Notes under the pieces: generated by a model
Told to the model about the DNA's origin: nothing
Database searches by the model: none
Seen by the model: the letters and a program-made list of their open reading frames with translations, nothing else
Program-made: the position numbers and the translations under genes
Shown: positions 29,695 to 39,862 of the stretch, piece after piece
How positions within the stretch are numbered: position 1 is the first letter of the stretch
Layout: each line of letters begins with the position of its first letter
NCBI GenBank assembly: GCA_030054115.1
Contig: JASGCL010000004.1
Span: forward strand, 106 to 64,105
Direction: 5' to 3'
DNA from: Hydrotalea sp.
GTDB lineage: Bacteria; Pseudomonadota; Alphaproteobacteria; JASGCL01
Length of the DNA: 64,000 nucleotides

Positions 29695-30837
29695 ATGAAA
29701 ACTTCTCGCCAAGCCAATAATGACAAGCGCACCATGCGCGGCGTGGCGCAGTTGGCGACCATCATGGCCTCCCTGCCATTTTTTGCGGCGATGGCGACCG
29801 CGCACGAGGGGCACGACCATACCGCGTCGGGCAGCGAAACCCCCGCCGCGACAAAGGGTGCTGGCGATAACCTGGCCGATAAAAAGGAATTGGTGGTTTA
29901 CACCAATCGTAAGGAAGATTTGATAAGACCGCTGTTGGATAAATTTTCGAAACAAACCCACGCGCGTTTACGGGTTTATTATGGCGGCGATAGTTTGGTC
30001 GAGCGGATAAAACAAGAAGGGTCCAACACCCCGGCCGATATTGTCATCACGCAAAATATCGCGATGGTGCAACAATTGAAAGACGCTGGCTACACCGATA
30101 CCATCCCCGAACCGCTGACAAAAAGCCTGCCCGTTTATTTTGTCGACGCCGAGCACCAATGGGCCGGCGTTTCCTATCGCGCGCGGATTATCGTCGTTGC
30201 CAAAAATTCAAAAGCCATGAGCATCGTCAACATGAAACAATTGGCCGACGACCAATGGCGCGGGCAAATTTGTATTCGCGATGGCTTCCACCCCTATAAC
30301 CTTGGGTTATTCTCCTCTTTAAGGGTTTACTTAAGCGACAAGGAAACAAAAGATTATTTGAAAAAATTGAAGGGCAATTTGATGCAAAAACCTGGCGGCA
30401 ATGACCGCGATGAAATCAAATTGGTTTATGGTGGGCAATGCCAAATCGCGGTGGTTAACAGCTACTATTACGGCCTGTTGAAAAAAGAAATCCCCGATTT
30501 GGAAAGCAAAGCCACGCCGCGCTTGGTGTCGCTGGTTGGTGATAAATTGGGCGAGGGCGTTGCCGCCAATATATCGGGCGTTGCCGTAATTAAAAGCGGC
30601 AAGAACAAACCGATGGCGCAATCGCTGGTAAAATTTTTATTATCGAAAGAATCGCAAGAATATTTTATGACCAAAAACAACGAATACCCGGTTAAATCTG
30701 ACGTAGCATGGGGCAAAAATTTGGTCTCGCTGAATGGCAAAAAATTCACCAGCGACACCCGCGCCATGGTCGAATCCTATAAACATTATCCGTTTATTAT
30801 TAAAACCCTCCTATCAACCGATTTTAACAGTAATTAA
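29695..30837 (+). CDS. Fe(3+) ABC transporter periplasmic substrate-binding protein (FbpA/AfuA-like) with a His-rich segment HEGHDHTASG after the signal peptide
   Basis: The sequence LVVYTNRKEDLIRPLLDKF and the rest resemble iron(III) SBPs. No cognate permease or ATPase gene is adjacent. Confidence 0.7.
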   Translation: MKTSRQANNDKRTMRGVAQLATIMASLPFFAAMATAHEGHDHTASGSETPAATKGAGDNLADKKELVVYTNRKEDLIRPLLDKFSKQTHARLRVYYGGDSLVERIKQEGSNTPADIVITQNIAMVQQLKDAGYTDTIPEPLTKSLPVYFVDAEHQWAGVSYRARIIVVAKNSKAMSIVNMKQLADDQWRGQICIRDGFHPYNLGLFSSLRVYLSDKETKDYLKKLKGNLMQKPGGNDRDEIKLVYGGQCQIAVVNSYYYGLLKKEIPDLESKATPRLVSLVGDKLGEGVAANISGVAVIKSGKNKPMAQSLVKFLLSKESQEYFMTKNNEYPVKSDVAWGKNLVSLNGKKFTSDTRAMVESYKHYPFIIKTLLSTDFNSN

Positions 30838-30839
30838 AT

Positions 30840-31373
30840 ATGAAACATAAACTAAAAATAGTTTCGTTGTTGTTTGCTATTAAGGGGTTGGCCGTGGTGG
30901 CTGGCTCTTGGTGGCTGGGTGATGAAGTGTTGAAATCAATGAAGCCAGAAACGGCTAACGCGGCCGAATGGACAACCCGTTATGATTTTGGCGCGCCGAT
31001 TGATAAAAACAGCGCGGAGGCAAAACAAGCGCGCGAGGTCGTGCTCGATGTTCCCTTAAATAGTTACAAATTTAACCCGGCCGACGTGCGGGTTAAAAAG
31101 GGCGAGGTAATAAAATTTGTTATTAAGAATCACACCAAGATAAAACATGAATTTGTGCTGGGTGACCGCGCGCGGTTGGATTACATCAAGGAAGAAATTG
31201 CCGAGGGTGAAGAAGAGGAAGAAGAAGGCGCCAGCATGACCGAGGTCGAGGTTAAACCCGGCAAGGTCGGCGTTATCTATTGGCAATTTTTAGACAAGGG
31301 CGAATTTTTATACATCTGCCTTATCCCCGAGCATGAAGAACATGGCATGAGGGGAAAAATTATCGTTAAATAA
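30840..31373 (+). CDS. Cupredoxin-fold (type-1 copper-like) secreted protein with an acidic EEEEEEG linker
   Basis: There is a signal peptide. The putative Cu ligands are H (KHEFVL) and C-x(n)-H-x(n)-M in YICLIPEHEEHGMRGK. Confidence 0.55.
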   Translation: MKHKLKIVSLLFAIKGLAVVAGSWWLGDEVLKSMKPETANAAEWTTRYDFGAPIDKNSAEAKQAREVVLDVPLNSYKFNPADVRVKKGEVIKFVIKNHTKIKHEFVLGDRARLDYIKEEIAEGEEEEEEGASMTEVEVKPGKVGVIYWQFLDKGEFLYICLIPEHEEHGMRGKIIVK

Positions 31374-31381
31374 TTGGCGGC

Positions 31382-33319
31382 CTATTTTTGGCAATGGTCT
31401 TTTTTGTGCGGGCTGGGCACGTCCATCCCCGGGTTTTGGTCAAAAAACCCATCGGCCATCCAATGAAAATTAGCATAAAGCACCGGCTGAATCGGCCAAT
31501 CCTCCAACCGCGCCAAATGGTGCAGGTTTAATGTATACCAGACAACAACATTTTCATTTTCCAAATTGCGGTCGGCGGCAGTCCATTTTGGCAAACCATC
31601 GCCACCGACATGTTGGTTGGGGAATAAACCGGCGGGGAAAATCTCATCGGCCTTATATTGCGTTGCCCAAAAATGCTTAAACATAAATTGCGCGCGCTTG
31701 GCCACCGGCGCGGCCGGGTCCAAAAATGACATGGCGTTGACGCCGGTTGCCAATTTGTAACCGACCGGTTTACCCATCGCGTTTTTTTCGTTGGGGTTGA
31801 TGACGCGCCAATAACGCGCCGCCGCCAAATCGATATTGCGTTGCGCTTGCTTTTCGGTTTTTAACGCGGTTTCCATCGCGCGGATAACATTGCCGTGCGG
31901 GTTGGTCGCGCTGATTTTTTCGCCAGCAAAATTCATTTCGCGTATTGCGTTTTTATCGCCGTCGATAGCCATGTCAAACCGGAATGAAAAACAATGTTGA
32001 TGGGTATGTAAGTCAACAAACGGCGCAACCGTTTCGCCGTAACCATCCGATGTTGGTTGGTAAAGCCCGGATGGAAAGGGAATGCCGGTGGCCTTGATTT
32101 CGACCCCGATGGTGCCGTCTTGGTAAAAATACCAAAAGAAGCCATAAACATAATTGCCGATGGTCGACAGGCCGGAAATAACCAACCGCCGCGACCGCGC
32201 GCGATAGGTCGGCAGGTCGGGTTTATAGGCGTTGGTGAATTTCCACAACAAACCATAATCTTCCTCATGCATGCAGATGGCGTTTTTAATTTTTTTCGGC
32301 ACGCCGCGCCAATCGTGGTAATCGGCGTCGAAATATTTTATTTCGCCAACGCAATCGCACCCCAGCGACAGGGAATCAAAATACTGCCCGACGCCATATT
32401 CGCCATTGTCAAATGCGTTGCGGCGGAAATGCCCATTGCCCGGGTGGCCATAGGGCACCACCATTTCCGGCATCGACGCGCGATAAATAATTGGCCGCAA
32501 TTTGCCCTTATCCTCGTATTTAATATCATGCAGGGTCAGGCCCTCGCGCACGTTAAAACCAATGCGGATATGCCATTTTTGCCATTTTACCAAATGCCCA
32601 TCGACCGAAAAACTCGGCCCCTCCGGTTGCGTGATATTCAATGGCTTTATATCGTCGCGCATTTTTTTTGGTTTTATATTGCCGGTGTCGGGCGGAATCG
32701 GCGCGACGCCAAAATCATCTATCCGCAAAATAGTCATATGTTGCAAATCAAACACCGGGTGCAACCCGGCGATCGGCCGAGCATAGGGGTTATCGCCGCT
32801 GTCGTCTGAATACCAACATTGGCCATAGGCCAACCGCTTCCCGACCTCCTCCTTAATGCCAAAATTACCCGCCGCCCATGGTTCGACCAACACGCGGTTC
32901 ATGTCGGTGATGCCGCGTTTGTTGCATGCGGCGATGAAATTCGGGTCTTTAATCGCCATCACGCCGGCGGCAAAATATTCATCGGCGACGATACGCGCCT
33001 GGCCACCATCGGTCACTGGCTCCCACGATTCCAATGTTTGCTTGGTCAGGTTGGCAATGCCGCGGATGGTTTGATTGCTTTTTGGGTCGTAACAACAAAC
33101 ATAGGCGCGGCGTTCAAACCCATCGCCGTCTTTAAAATTTCTGACCAGCGATTTTGCTGGCTCATCGAGGTAAATACTCTCGAACCAGGCCTCGGCCGAT
33201 ATATTGCCCAGTTTTTTTACCACCGCCACGGCGGCGGCGATTTCGACATCGTTTAACGGGTCGAGCGGGTGGCGAATGGGGGTAGATTGAGACATGGATT
33301 GAGACATGGATTGGGACAT
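31382..33319 (-). CDS. tynA: Copper amine oxidase (primary-amine / tyramine oxidase family)
   Basis: The TPQ-site region reads STIGNYVYGFFWYFYQDGTIG. The His ligand motif DLHTHQHCFSF is present. The length is about 645 aa. Confidence 0.8.
   Translation of the reverse strand: MSQSMSQSMSQSTPIRHPLDPLNDVEIAAAVAVVKKLGNISAEAWFESIYLDEPAKSLVRNFKDGDGFERRAYVCCYDPKSNQTIRGIANLTKQTLESWEPVTDGGQARIVADEYFAAGVMAIKDPNFIAACNKRGITDMNRVLVEPWAAGNFGIKEEVGKRLAYGQCWYSDDSGDNPYARPIAGLHPVFDLQHMTILRIDDFGVAPIPPDTGNIKPKKMRDDIKPLNITQPEGPSFSVDGHLVKWQKWHIRIGFNVREGLTLHDIKYEDKGKLRPIIYRASMPEMVVPYGHPGNGHFRRNAFDNGEYGVGQYFDSLSLGCDCVGEIKYFDADYHDWRGVPKKIKNAICMHEEDYGLLWKFTNAYKPDLPTYRARSRRLVISGLSTIGNYVYGFFWYFYQDGTIGVEIKATGIPFPSGLYQPTSDGYGETVAPFVDLHTHQHCFSFRFDMAIDGDKNAIREMNFAGEKISATNPHGNVIRAMETALKTEKQAQRNIDLAAARYWRVINPNEKNAMGKPVGYKLATGVNAMSFLDPAAPVAKRAQFMFKHFWATQYKADEIFPAGLFPNQHVGGDGLPKWTAADRNLENENVVVWYTLNLHHLARLEDWPIQPVLYANFHWMADGFFDQNPGMDVPSPHKKDHCQK
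33284..33319. repeat. Three copies of a 12-bp tandem repeat at the amine oxidase start. They encode MSQS-MSQS-MSQS and give three in-frame ATG codons.
   Basis: This is read directly from the sequence (gattgagacatg units on the plus strand). Confidence 0.8.
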
Positions 33320-33515
33320 GATTTGGGCTATAGATTAGAAGATAATTTCGAATACAAGTTTTTAGCAATTAAAGACACAGCTAACAAGCCCTTTATTAAA
33401 AAAATAAGCAAATTGTTTTTCATTTATTCTATTACGCGCTTGTTAATGGTGGAAAAAGAGTATAGATTCTCGCCTCTAAACCCCTTAAAAAACAAAAAAT
33501 CTAAGGAAAAAAACA

Positions 33516-34592
33516 ATGAAAAAAAACCTACTGATGGGGCTGGTATTTGTTGCTGGCTCTATCTTAACATCAACCATGGGCCATGCGGCAACGCCGAAGG
33601 CAAGCAACCTGTTTATTTATGATTGGGCAGGTTACGACGACCAGTCGCTCTTCCCCGATTATGTCAAAAAATATGGCGGCAAACCAAAATTTGCCTTCTA
33701 TCAAGACGAAGAGGAAGCCCAAGCAAAATTAAAAACTGGCTTTAAGGCCGACTTGGTGCATCCCTGCGGTTACAAAATGAACGCTTGGCGCGCCCAGGGC
33801 ATAGTGCAACCGATTGATGTCAGCCGTATCCCCAATTACAAAGACCTTGAGCCGCGTTTAAAAAACGCGCCGGGTTTTGTCGCCGATGGTAAGGTTTGGG
33901 CCATACCCTATGATAGCGGTCAAACCTCGGTGGTGTATAATGTTGATAAGGTGCCGGCGGGCGACGTCGCTTCCTTAAGCATCTTCACCAACCCAAAATA
34001 CAAGGGCAAGGTTTCTTTGCCTGATAACATGGCCGATTGGGTGGAGCTGGGGCTGGTCGCCACCGGCACCAAAGATTGGAACAGCATCAAGGACGCCAAT
34101 GACCCAAAGTTTAAAAAAGCGATGGATTTCTTGCGTGCCGCCCATAAGAACACCAAATTCTATTGGGCCGACACTGCGACCTTGGCACAATCCATGAAAA
34201 ATGGTGAAGTCCTGGCCGCCTGGTCTTGGAACGATGCACCAACCAGCCTGCAGGCTGAGGGCGTTAATGTCAAATTTGCCTTTGGCATGAAGGAAGGATA
34301 CACGGGCTATGTCTGTGGTTACATGATTCCCAAAACCAGCAAGGCCAATGACCAAGTCTATGACTTTTTGAACGCGGTGGTTTCAAAAGAATCGGCCTCT
34401 GCGTTGGTTAATATCTTTGGTTACAGCCATGCCAACATGGTTGGCATGAAAGCCATTGATTCAAAAGTCTTTGCCCAAAAGAACATGGCAACTGGGGCAT
34501 TGGCCAAGCGCGAGGTTATTCAAACCGCCTTGCGCGATGATTTGATTACCCTGTTTGCCGAAGAATTTAATAAAGTTAAATCGGGTAAATAA
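33516..34592 (+). CDS. Polyamine (spermidine/putrescine-type, PotD/PotF-like) ABC transporter substrate-binding protein; orphan
   Basis: It has a signal peptide and the PotD-like fold (LFIYDWAGYDD ... VWAIPYDSGQT). No permease or ATPase gene is adjacent. Confidence 0.7.
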   Translation: MKKNLLMGLVFVAGSILTSTMGHAATPKASNLFIYDWAGYDDQSLFPDYVKKYGGKPKFAFYQDEEEAQAKLKTGFKADLVHPCGYKMNAWRAQGIVQPIDVSRIPNYKDLEPRLKNAPGFVADGKVWAIPYDSGQTSVVYNVDKVPAGDVASLSIFTNPKYKGKVSLPDNMADWVELGLVATGTKDWNSIKDANDPKFKKAMDFLRAAHKNTKFYWADTATLAQSMKNGEVLAAWSWNDAPTSLQAEGVNVKFAFGMKEGYTGYVCGYMIPKTSKANDQVYDFLNAVVSKESASALVNIFGYSHANMVGMKAIDSKVFAQKNMATGALAKREVIQTALRDDLITLFAEEFNKVKSGK

Positions 34593-34638
34593 GCTGTCGA
34601 TAGAAAATAATTTTTCTAAGCTGAAAAGTTATTTTAAA

Positions 34639-34677
34639 ATACCCGCTGGGAACAAATTCCCGGCGGGTATTTTTTTA
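34639..34677 (+). terminator. Strong Rho-independent terminator with a 14-bp stem, 4-nt loop and a 6-T run
   Basis: The sequence is atacccgctgggaa-caaa-ttcccggcgggtat followed by tttttt. Confidence 0.7.
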
Positions 34678-34689
34678 TCTCGCTTGCGG

Positions 34690-34760
34690 TAGCGAAAGCC
34701 CAAATAATTTCCCCCTACCGCGCCGCTACTTGAGGGGCGCGAAAGCGTCAATATAATTGT
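34690..34760. repeat. Copy of the GC-rich dispersed repeat family (…gccgctacttgaggggcgcg…gcgcttgctaagcaacgcc)
   Basis: It shares the cgctacttgag and cttgaggg-gcgcg cores with 2047-2075 and the 3003-3035 family. Confidence 0.45.
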
Positions 34761-34799
34761 GGCGGGTGGTTTTTGCGCTTGCTAAGCAACGCCTAAAAA

Positions 34800-35771
34800 T
34801 TATTTATTGATATTGGCAATAACCCTTATCACATTGGTGATGACTTCTTTATTGGTTATCATATCGACGTGGTTGGCGCCCGGGACAATGGTGATGGGAA
34901 TGGGCTTGCCAGCGGGGGCAAAAATATTTTCATAATTTTTGGCAACAAACAATTCGTCACTGCCACCAACCACCAACGCCATGGGTTGCTGGGCGGCGGC
35001 AATATTCGCTTTATAATCTCTTAAGGGCTGAAAATTTATCATCAGGTTAAAACCATACCATGGGGTTAATTTGGTTCTTGCATTGTCGTCCAGCGCAAAA
35101 CTTAACACTGGCAAGTTATTAAAAAATTTGATGCCGATATTATTCAACCATAAAACCACCAAAAAACGCGGCCGGCCCAGGTTGGCCCATTCCATGCTAC
35201 CCTTGCTCGTCGGCTGGTTGTTTGGCGCATTGTAAGCAATATAAGGACTTATCAAAATATAATTGGCAAATAATTGTTGTTGTGCCGACCCCGCAAATCG
35301 CAACACAAACCCTCCGCCACTAGAAAAACCAGCCAAGGTAGCGTTGGTCAATTTGGTTGCTGAAACAAAATCAGCCAGGTCGTCGTTTAATTGACCGATG
35401 TAATTTATTTTACCATGCACGGCCGACAACCCATGCCCCCTGATATCCAGCGCATAAATTTGATAACCCTTATTGGCCAACGCCATAGCCAACAGGTGCA
35501 TGCTTTCGCTGGAGGCCGAAGAGCCATGCACCAACACAATATCACGATTTTTTTTGCCAGCGGTTATTTTTGGTTTATACGAACGATAAGCCAATTGTTG
35601 GCCATCGCGGGCAACAAAAAATGATGGCGTAGGAAGCATGCTGTAATCAATGTTAGCAAAAGGGTCGTTAACCGACGTCATGGCGGGTAATTTTTTTGGC
35701 CCACCAAGAGAAATAGTAAGGGTTAAAACCAATATAACAATGGCAAAAATAATAATAATTATTTTTTTCAT
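34800..35771 (-). CDS. Alpha/beta-hydrolase fold protein (esterase/lipase-like) with an N-terminal signal/anchor
   Basis: The pattern VLVHGSSASS...IRGHGLS and the nucleophile-elbow-like GFSSGG are present. Confidence 0.7.
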   Translation of the reverse strand: MKKIIIIIFAIVILVLTLTISLGGPKKLPAMTSVNDPFANIDYSMLPTPSFFVARDGQQLAYRSYKPKITAGKKNRDIVLVHGSSASSESMHLLAMALANKGYQIYALDIRGHGLSAVHGKINYIGQLNDDLADFVSATKLTNATLAGFSSGGGFVLRFAGSAQQQLFANYILISPYIAYNAPNNQPTSKGSMEWANLGRPRFLVVLWLNNIGIKFFNNLPVLSFALDDNARTKLTPWYGFNLMINFQPLRDYKANIAAAQQPMALVVGGSDELFVAKNYENIFAPAGKPIPITIVPGANHVDMITNKEVITNVIRVIANINK

Positions 35772-35798
35772 TTTATGCCCTCTGCTACGGGTTGCTTT

Positions 35799-36473
35799 TT
35801 ACAATTGGGTAAATAGCTTGTCATCGCCGAGGCGCGATTTTGGTAATGTCGCATTGAAATCTTTGTCAGCGCGATACCCCAAGGCCGTCACCACCACCGA
35901 CGCCAAACCCTTTGCTTTTAAATCCAACACCTCATCCAATTTTTTTGCATCGAATCCTTCCATCGCGCAGGAATCAATCCCCAACGTGGTGGCGGATTCT
36001 AACAACATGCCAAGCGCCAAGTAAATTTGTTTTTCCATGCACCACGACAAATCATGCAATTTTTCCTGGTGCAAACTGGCATAAAAGCCGCGCACTTGAC
36101 CCATGACATCGCGGTCCTCAGGCTTTGCGTAACGGCCGTCTTTATCTTCCTTTGCCAACACCGCGCTTAAATGGGCATCGCCCACATTTAAATAGCGACA
36201 AAACACCACGACATGCGAACAATCCAATAATTTTTGGGTGTTGTAAAAATTGGGGCCCGCGGTTGCCTCGGCAATTTTTTTCTTGCCATCGTCACTGCTG
36301 GCAATGATAAAATGCCATGGTTGCAAATTGACCGACGATGGCGCATTGCGCAACACCAATTTCAATGCGGCCAATTGGTCGTCCGGTATTTTTTTGTCTG
36401 GGTTAAAGGCTTTGCAGGTGTAACGTTCGTTTGCAATTGTAATCAGTTGTTCACTGGTAAGGGTTGGTGTCAT
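35799..36473 (-). CDS. NAD(P)H nitroreductase (NfsB/NfnB family)
   Basis: The sequence RYTCKAFNPDKKIPDDQL ... NLQPWHFIIA is present. Confidence 0.8.
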   Translation of the reverse strand: MTPTLTSEQLITIANERYTCKAFNPDKKIPDDQLAALKLVLRNAPSSVNLQPWHFIIASSDDGKKKIAEATAGPNFYNTQKLLDCSHVVVFCRYLNVGDAHLSAVLAKEDKDGRYAKPEDRDVMGQVRGFYASLHQEKLHDLSWCMEKQIYLALGMLLESATTLGIDSCAMEGFDAKKLDEVLDLKAKGLASVVVTALGYRADKDFNATLPKSRLGDDKLFTQL

Positions 36474-36637
36474 GAATTTATTTTAAAATATTAAAGTAAG
36501 GCTGTTGGTTTGTTCCTTTATCATGGCTATCATAGATTATCAAGGTATTATCTATAAGGCGGGTGCGCCCCAAGTCAATCGCTTGAAACAACAAACGGTA
36601 ATTACACCGCGCTATCCTACGTCTTAAAACCCGCGTC

Positions 36638-37750
36638 CTAAAGCAGCGTCATCGGGTCGGCGCAGGCCATGCCAAATTGGTCGGCCACCGCCTTATAGGT
36701 CAATTTGCCCTCGCAAACATTCAAGCCATCGCGCAGGTGTTTATCGTCTTTCAGGGCTTGCTTCCAACCTTTTTTCGCAATCGCCAAGCCAAAGGGCAGG
36801 GTCGCGTTATTAAGGGCATGGGCAGATGTTCTGGCCACCGCCCCCGGCATGTTGGTCACGCAATAATGAATAATCCCATCGACTTCAAAAATTGGTTCTT
36901 GGTGAGAGGTCGGTTTCGATGTTTCAAAACAACCCCCTTGGTCGATGGCAATATCCACCAACACCGAACCGCGGCGCATGGTTTTCAACATGGCGCGGCT
37001 TATCAATTTTGGTGCCTTCGCCCCGGGGATAAGCACCGCGCCGACAACTACATCCGAATCCTTAACCGCCCGTTCCAATTCGCCCTTGGTCGAATAGGCG
37101 GTTTTTAAACGCGGCCCAAATACATCGTCAAGGTAAGCCAAACGCTCGCCGTTGCGGTCAAAAATCGTAACATCAGCCCCCAGCCCCAGCGCCATGCGCG
37201 CCGCCGCCGCGCCCGACACGCCGCCGCCGATAATGGTGACCTTGGCCGGCAACACGCCCGACACGCCGCCGAGCAACACGCCCGAGCCGCCTTGCCGTTT
37301 TTCCAAACAATGGGCCGCCACCTGGATAGACATACGGCCGGCAACCTCGCTCATTGGTGCCAACAATGGCAAGCGGCCATTGCGGTCGGTTACCGTTTCA
37401 TAGGCAATGCCGATGCAACCCGAGGCGAGGAGTTCCTTGGTAAGGGTTTCCTCCGCCGCCAGATGCAGGTAAGTGTAAAGAATTTGTCCTTTGCGTAATT
37501 TTTTGGTTTCGACCGCTTGTGGTTCTTTAACCTTCACAATCATATCGGCCTTCTGAAAAACTTCATCGGCGGTGGCGGCAATTTGGCAACCAACGGCCTT
37601 ATATTCATCGTCGCTGTAACCAACGCCCAGGCCGGCACCGGTTTCCATCACCACCTGATGTCCTTGGTGGATATATTCGGCGGCACTGCCAACTGTTAGG
37701 CCGACGCGGTATTCGTTATTTTTAATTTCTTTGGGACAACCGATAAGCAT
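36638..37750 (-). CDS. ald: Alanine dehydrogenase
   Basis: The sequence MLIGCPKEIKNNEYRVGLT ... VTIIGGGVSGAAAARMALGLGADV is present. Confidence 0.9.
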   Translation of the reverse strand: MLIGCPKEIKNNEYRVGLTVGSAAEYIHQGHQVVMETGAGLGVGYSDDEYKAVGCQIAATADEVFQKADMIVKVKEPQAVETKKLRKGQILYTYLHLAAEETLTKELLASGCIGIAYETVTDRNGRLPLLAPMSEVAGRMSIQVAAHCLEKRQGGSGVLLGGVSGVLPAKVTIIGGGVSGAAAARMALGLGADVTIFDRNGERLAYLDDVFGPRLKTAYSTKGELERAVKDSDVVVGAVLIPGAKAPKLISRAMLKTMRRGSVLVDIAIDQGGCFETSKPTSHQEPIFEVDGIIHYCVTNMPGAVARTSAHALNNATLPFGLAIAKKGWKQALKDDKHLRDGLNVCEGKLTYKAVADQFGMACADPMTLL

Positions 37751-37892
37751 GATGTTTTCTCCTTGCATACTTGATTATTTTATAGCGGCAAATAATTGAT
37801 ATAATAATTATTATTTTTCAACTTTAGCAATCCCAACCGATGGCGTCAAGTGGCAAGCGGTAAAAATTATAAAAAATCAAATCGCAAATGAT

Positions 37893-38762
37893 TTAAAAAT
37901 TTAAACCCAGGCCAAAACCACCATAGGCCGCGACCTCTCCCAACTTGGAAATATAATTTTGCGTGCCGCCGTAACCTATATCAAGGAACGAATAAATAAA
38001 TTTACCATTGATATCAAGGTGAAGAATGCCGTTGTCTAGCTCCAGCGCGACCAGCGGTGTTAGAAACAACCCATATTGGCCATTGAGGTTTTCGGTGGCG
38101 GCGTCAGGGTGGGTGACGGTAAGGCTTGATATTGACGAGCCAACCCCCAACCCCAATTTTATGCCAACATATTTGCTAGCCCCAAAACCAAAACGATAGG
38201 TCGGGGCGAGGCTGATAATATGCAACAATTGGGTATAGCTTTTGTCGGTGGCGAGCGCGCCAGCCGACCATTGGCTGTAAATACCGAAGTAATCCGCGCT
38301 GAGGCCGAAGCCCGACGCATGTTCATAGGCGATACTGCCGCCAACCCCAAGCCACAGCGGGTTTTCTGGTCGGCTGATGGTGTCCGCACTGGTCACCCAG
38401 CTGTTGGCAAATTGGTAAAGATAACCGCCCTCAATCTTGAGCAAGAATTTTCCGGCCACCGCGTCGCGAAGCATGTTGACATTAACATATTTGGGTGGCG
38501 TGGTGGCGATAAGCCCGTCCTGCACCATCGTGTATGTGTCAACCTGCGCTTCAGGTTGCGCATTGACATTGGGTGTCGTTTTGGCCTTGGCGGCGGATGG
38601 CGGGCGGTAAACCAACGTTCTGTCCGGTTTTGGTTTTTTCTTGGTGGCGGTGGTTTGCGCCAGGGCGGTATTGCCGCCAGTGGTCAAGCCCAGGGTTAAA
38701 CCAAGGGTCAAGCAGATGGTAGTGCCAAGTAGAAGGGATTTTTTGGTTAGATGATTGGTCAT
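37893..38762 (-). CDS. Outer-membrane beta-barrel protein (signal peptide, C-terminal Phe)
   Basis: It has a signal peptide, alternating amphipathic strands and a C-terminus GLGLNF. Confidence 0.6.
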   Translation of the reverse strand: MTNHLTKKSLLLGTTICLTLGLTLGLTTGGNTALAQTTATKKKPKPDRTLVYRPPSAAKAKTTPNVNAQPEAQVDTYTMVQDGLIATTPPKYVNVNMLRDAVAGKFLLKIEGGYLYQFANSWVTSADTISRPENPLWLGVGGSIAYEHASGFGLSADYFGIYSQWSAGALATDKSYTQLLHIISLAPTYRFGFGASKYVGIKLGLGVGSSISSLTVTHPDAATENLNGQYGLFLTPLVALELDNGILHLDINGKFIYSFLDIGYGGTQNYISKLGEVAAYGGFGLGLNF

Positions 38763-38779
38763 GATTTTTTTAGGTTGCC

Positions 38780-39511
38780 TTAAGCCCGCAAGTTGTTCGC
38801 AGGTGGTGTGGCGGGTTGATTGATGGCGGGTTGTGGCAGGCCACGCACCACGCCGGGTTGGATGATATTTTTATCGTAGGCCTTGCGCGCGAAAACGCGG
38901 CGCACCGCCGGCGCAAAAAAATCCAAAGCTTGTGATTTGTAATCGGGGTCGAAAGACGATTGGTCCCAGCGTTCACAAAAATCGACGCAGGTTTGATAAT
39001 AAGGATTATCTTTAAATTTTTCCCGTTCATATTGATTCCAACCATAATGGTGGGCGTAATAAACCATTTGGAACGCGCCATGGTGTTCGACCGTCCAGGC
39101 TACCTCGTCGCGCACGAATGGTCGCAAAATTTCGGCGGCAAAGCGGTCGTGGTTTTGCGGTGCCAGGCCATCGCCAATATCATGCAATAGGGTTGCGACC
39201 ACCCAATCGTCGTCGCCGCCGTCCTGCAGGGCGCGGGTCGCCGATTGTAATGCATGTTCCAGCCGCGTTATTTTGTATCCGTGAAATGTTTCTTCCTCGG
39301 CCAATTTTAATTCGCGCAACAACCGGTCGGCGGTCATGGCATTGTGCGGTTGTTCAAATTGGCGAAGCATTTCGTAATCGGCGCGGGTGCCGTCCTTCAT
39401 CTGGCGGAAACTCACCGTGGCGGCGGGGTTGGGCATATCGCCCACCATGTTGCCAGTTTTGCCCGCCAATAATTGGTCGGTGGCGGAATGATTTTTAATT
39501 CTATTTTTCAT
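38780..39511 (-). CDS. HD-domain protein, PhnZ-like (phosphonate-degradation HD oxygenase family) candidate
   Basis: The sequence RLEHALQSATRA ... VVATLLHDIGD matches the PhnZ-type HD motif arrangement. The family assignment is from memory. Confidence 0.5.
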   Translation of the reverse strand: MKNRIKNHSATDQLLAGKTGNMVGDMPNPAATVSFRQMKDGTRADYEMLRQFEQPHNAMTADRLLRELKLAEEETFHGYKITRLEHALQSATRALQDGGDDDWVVATLLHDIGDGLAPQNHDRFAAEILRPFVRDEVAWTVEHHGAFQMVYYAHHYGWNQYEREKFKDNPYYQTCVDFCERWDQSSFDPDYKSQALDFFAPAVRRVFARKAYDKNIIQPGVVRGLPQPAINQPATPPANNLRA

Positions 39512-39688
39512 TGTTTTTACTATAAAGAAAACTTGGAAAGGGCGCAAGGTCTTTTGCCGACATTTTTAAGAGGCTGTTTTGGCGGTGTTTTTTCGGCGGT
39601 TGCCACGTGTTTTTATAACCTGATTTTTATCCCTTGATTTTTGGTTCTGCTTGGCTTATCCCAAAAAACACCAGTCATATATTTTTGC

Positions 39689-39775
39689 GCGGGCGTGGCG
39701 GAACTGGTAGACGCGCTAGACTCAAAATCTAGTTCTCTCTGGAGAGTGTGGGTTCAATTCCCTCCGCCCGCACCA
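39689..39775 (+). tRNA. tRNA-Leu (anticodon CAA)
   Basis: The acceptor stem is gcgggcg/cgcccgc. It has a long variable arm, an anticodon loop cuCAAaa, and ends in CCA. Confidence 0.85.
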
Positions 39776-39862
39776 TATGACACGCAAGCGGTGACATTTT
39801 AGCCCAATGATATTGCCGATATGATTTTGGTTGTGAGCCCAGCATTAGTTTGGTAAGGATTT

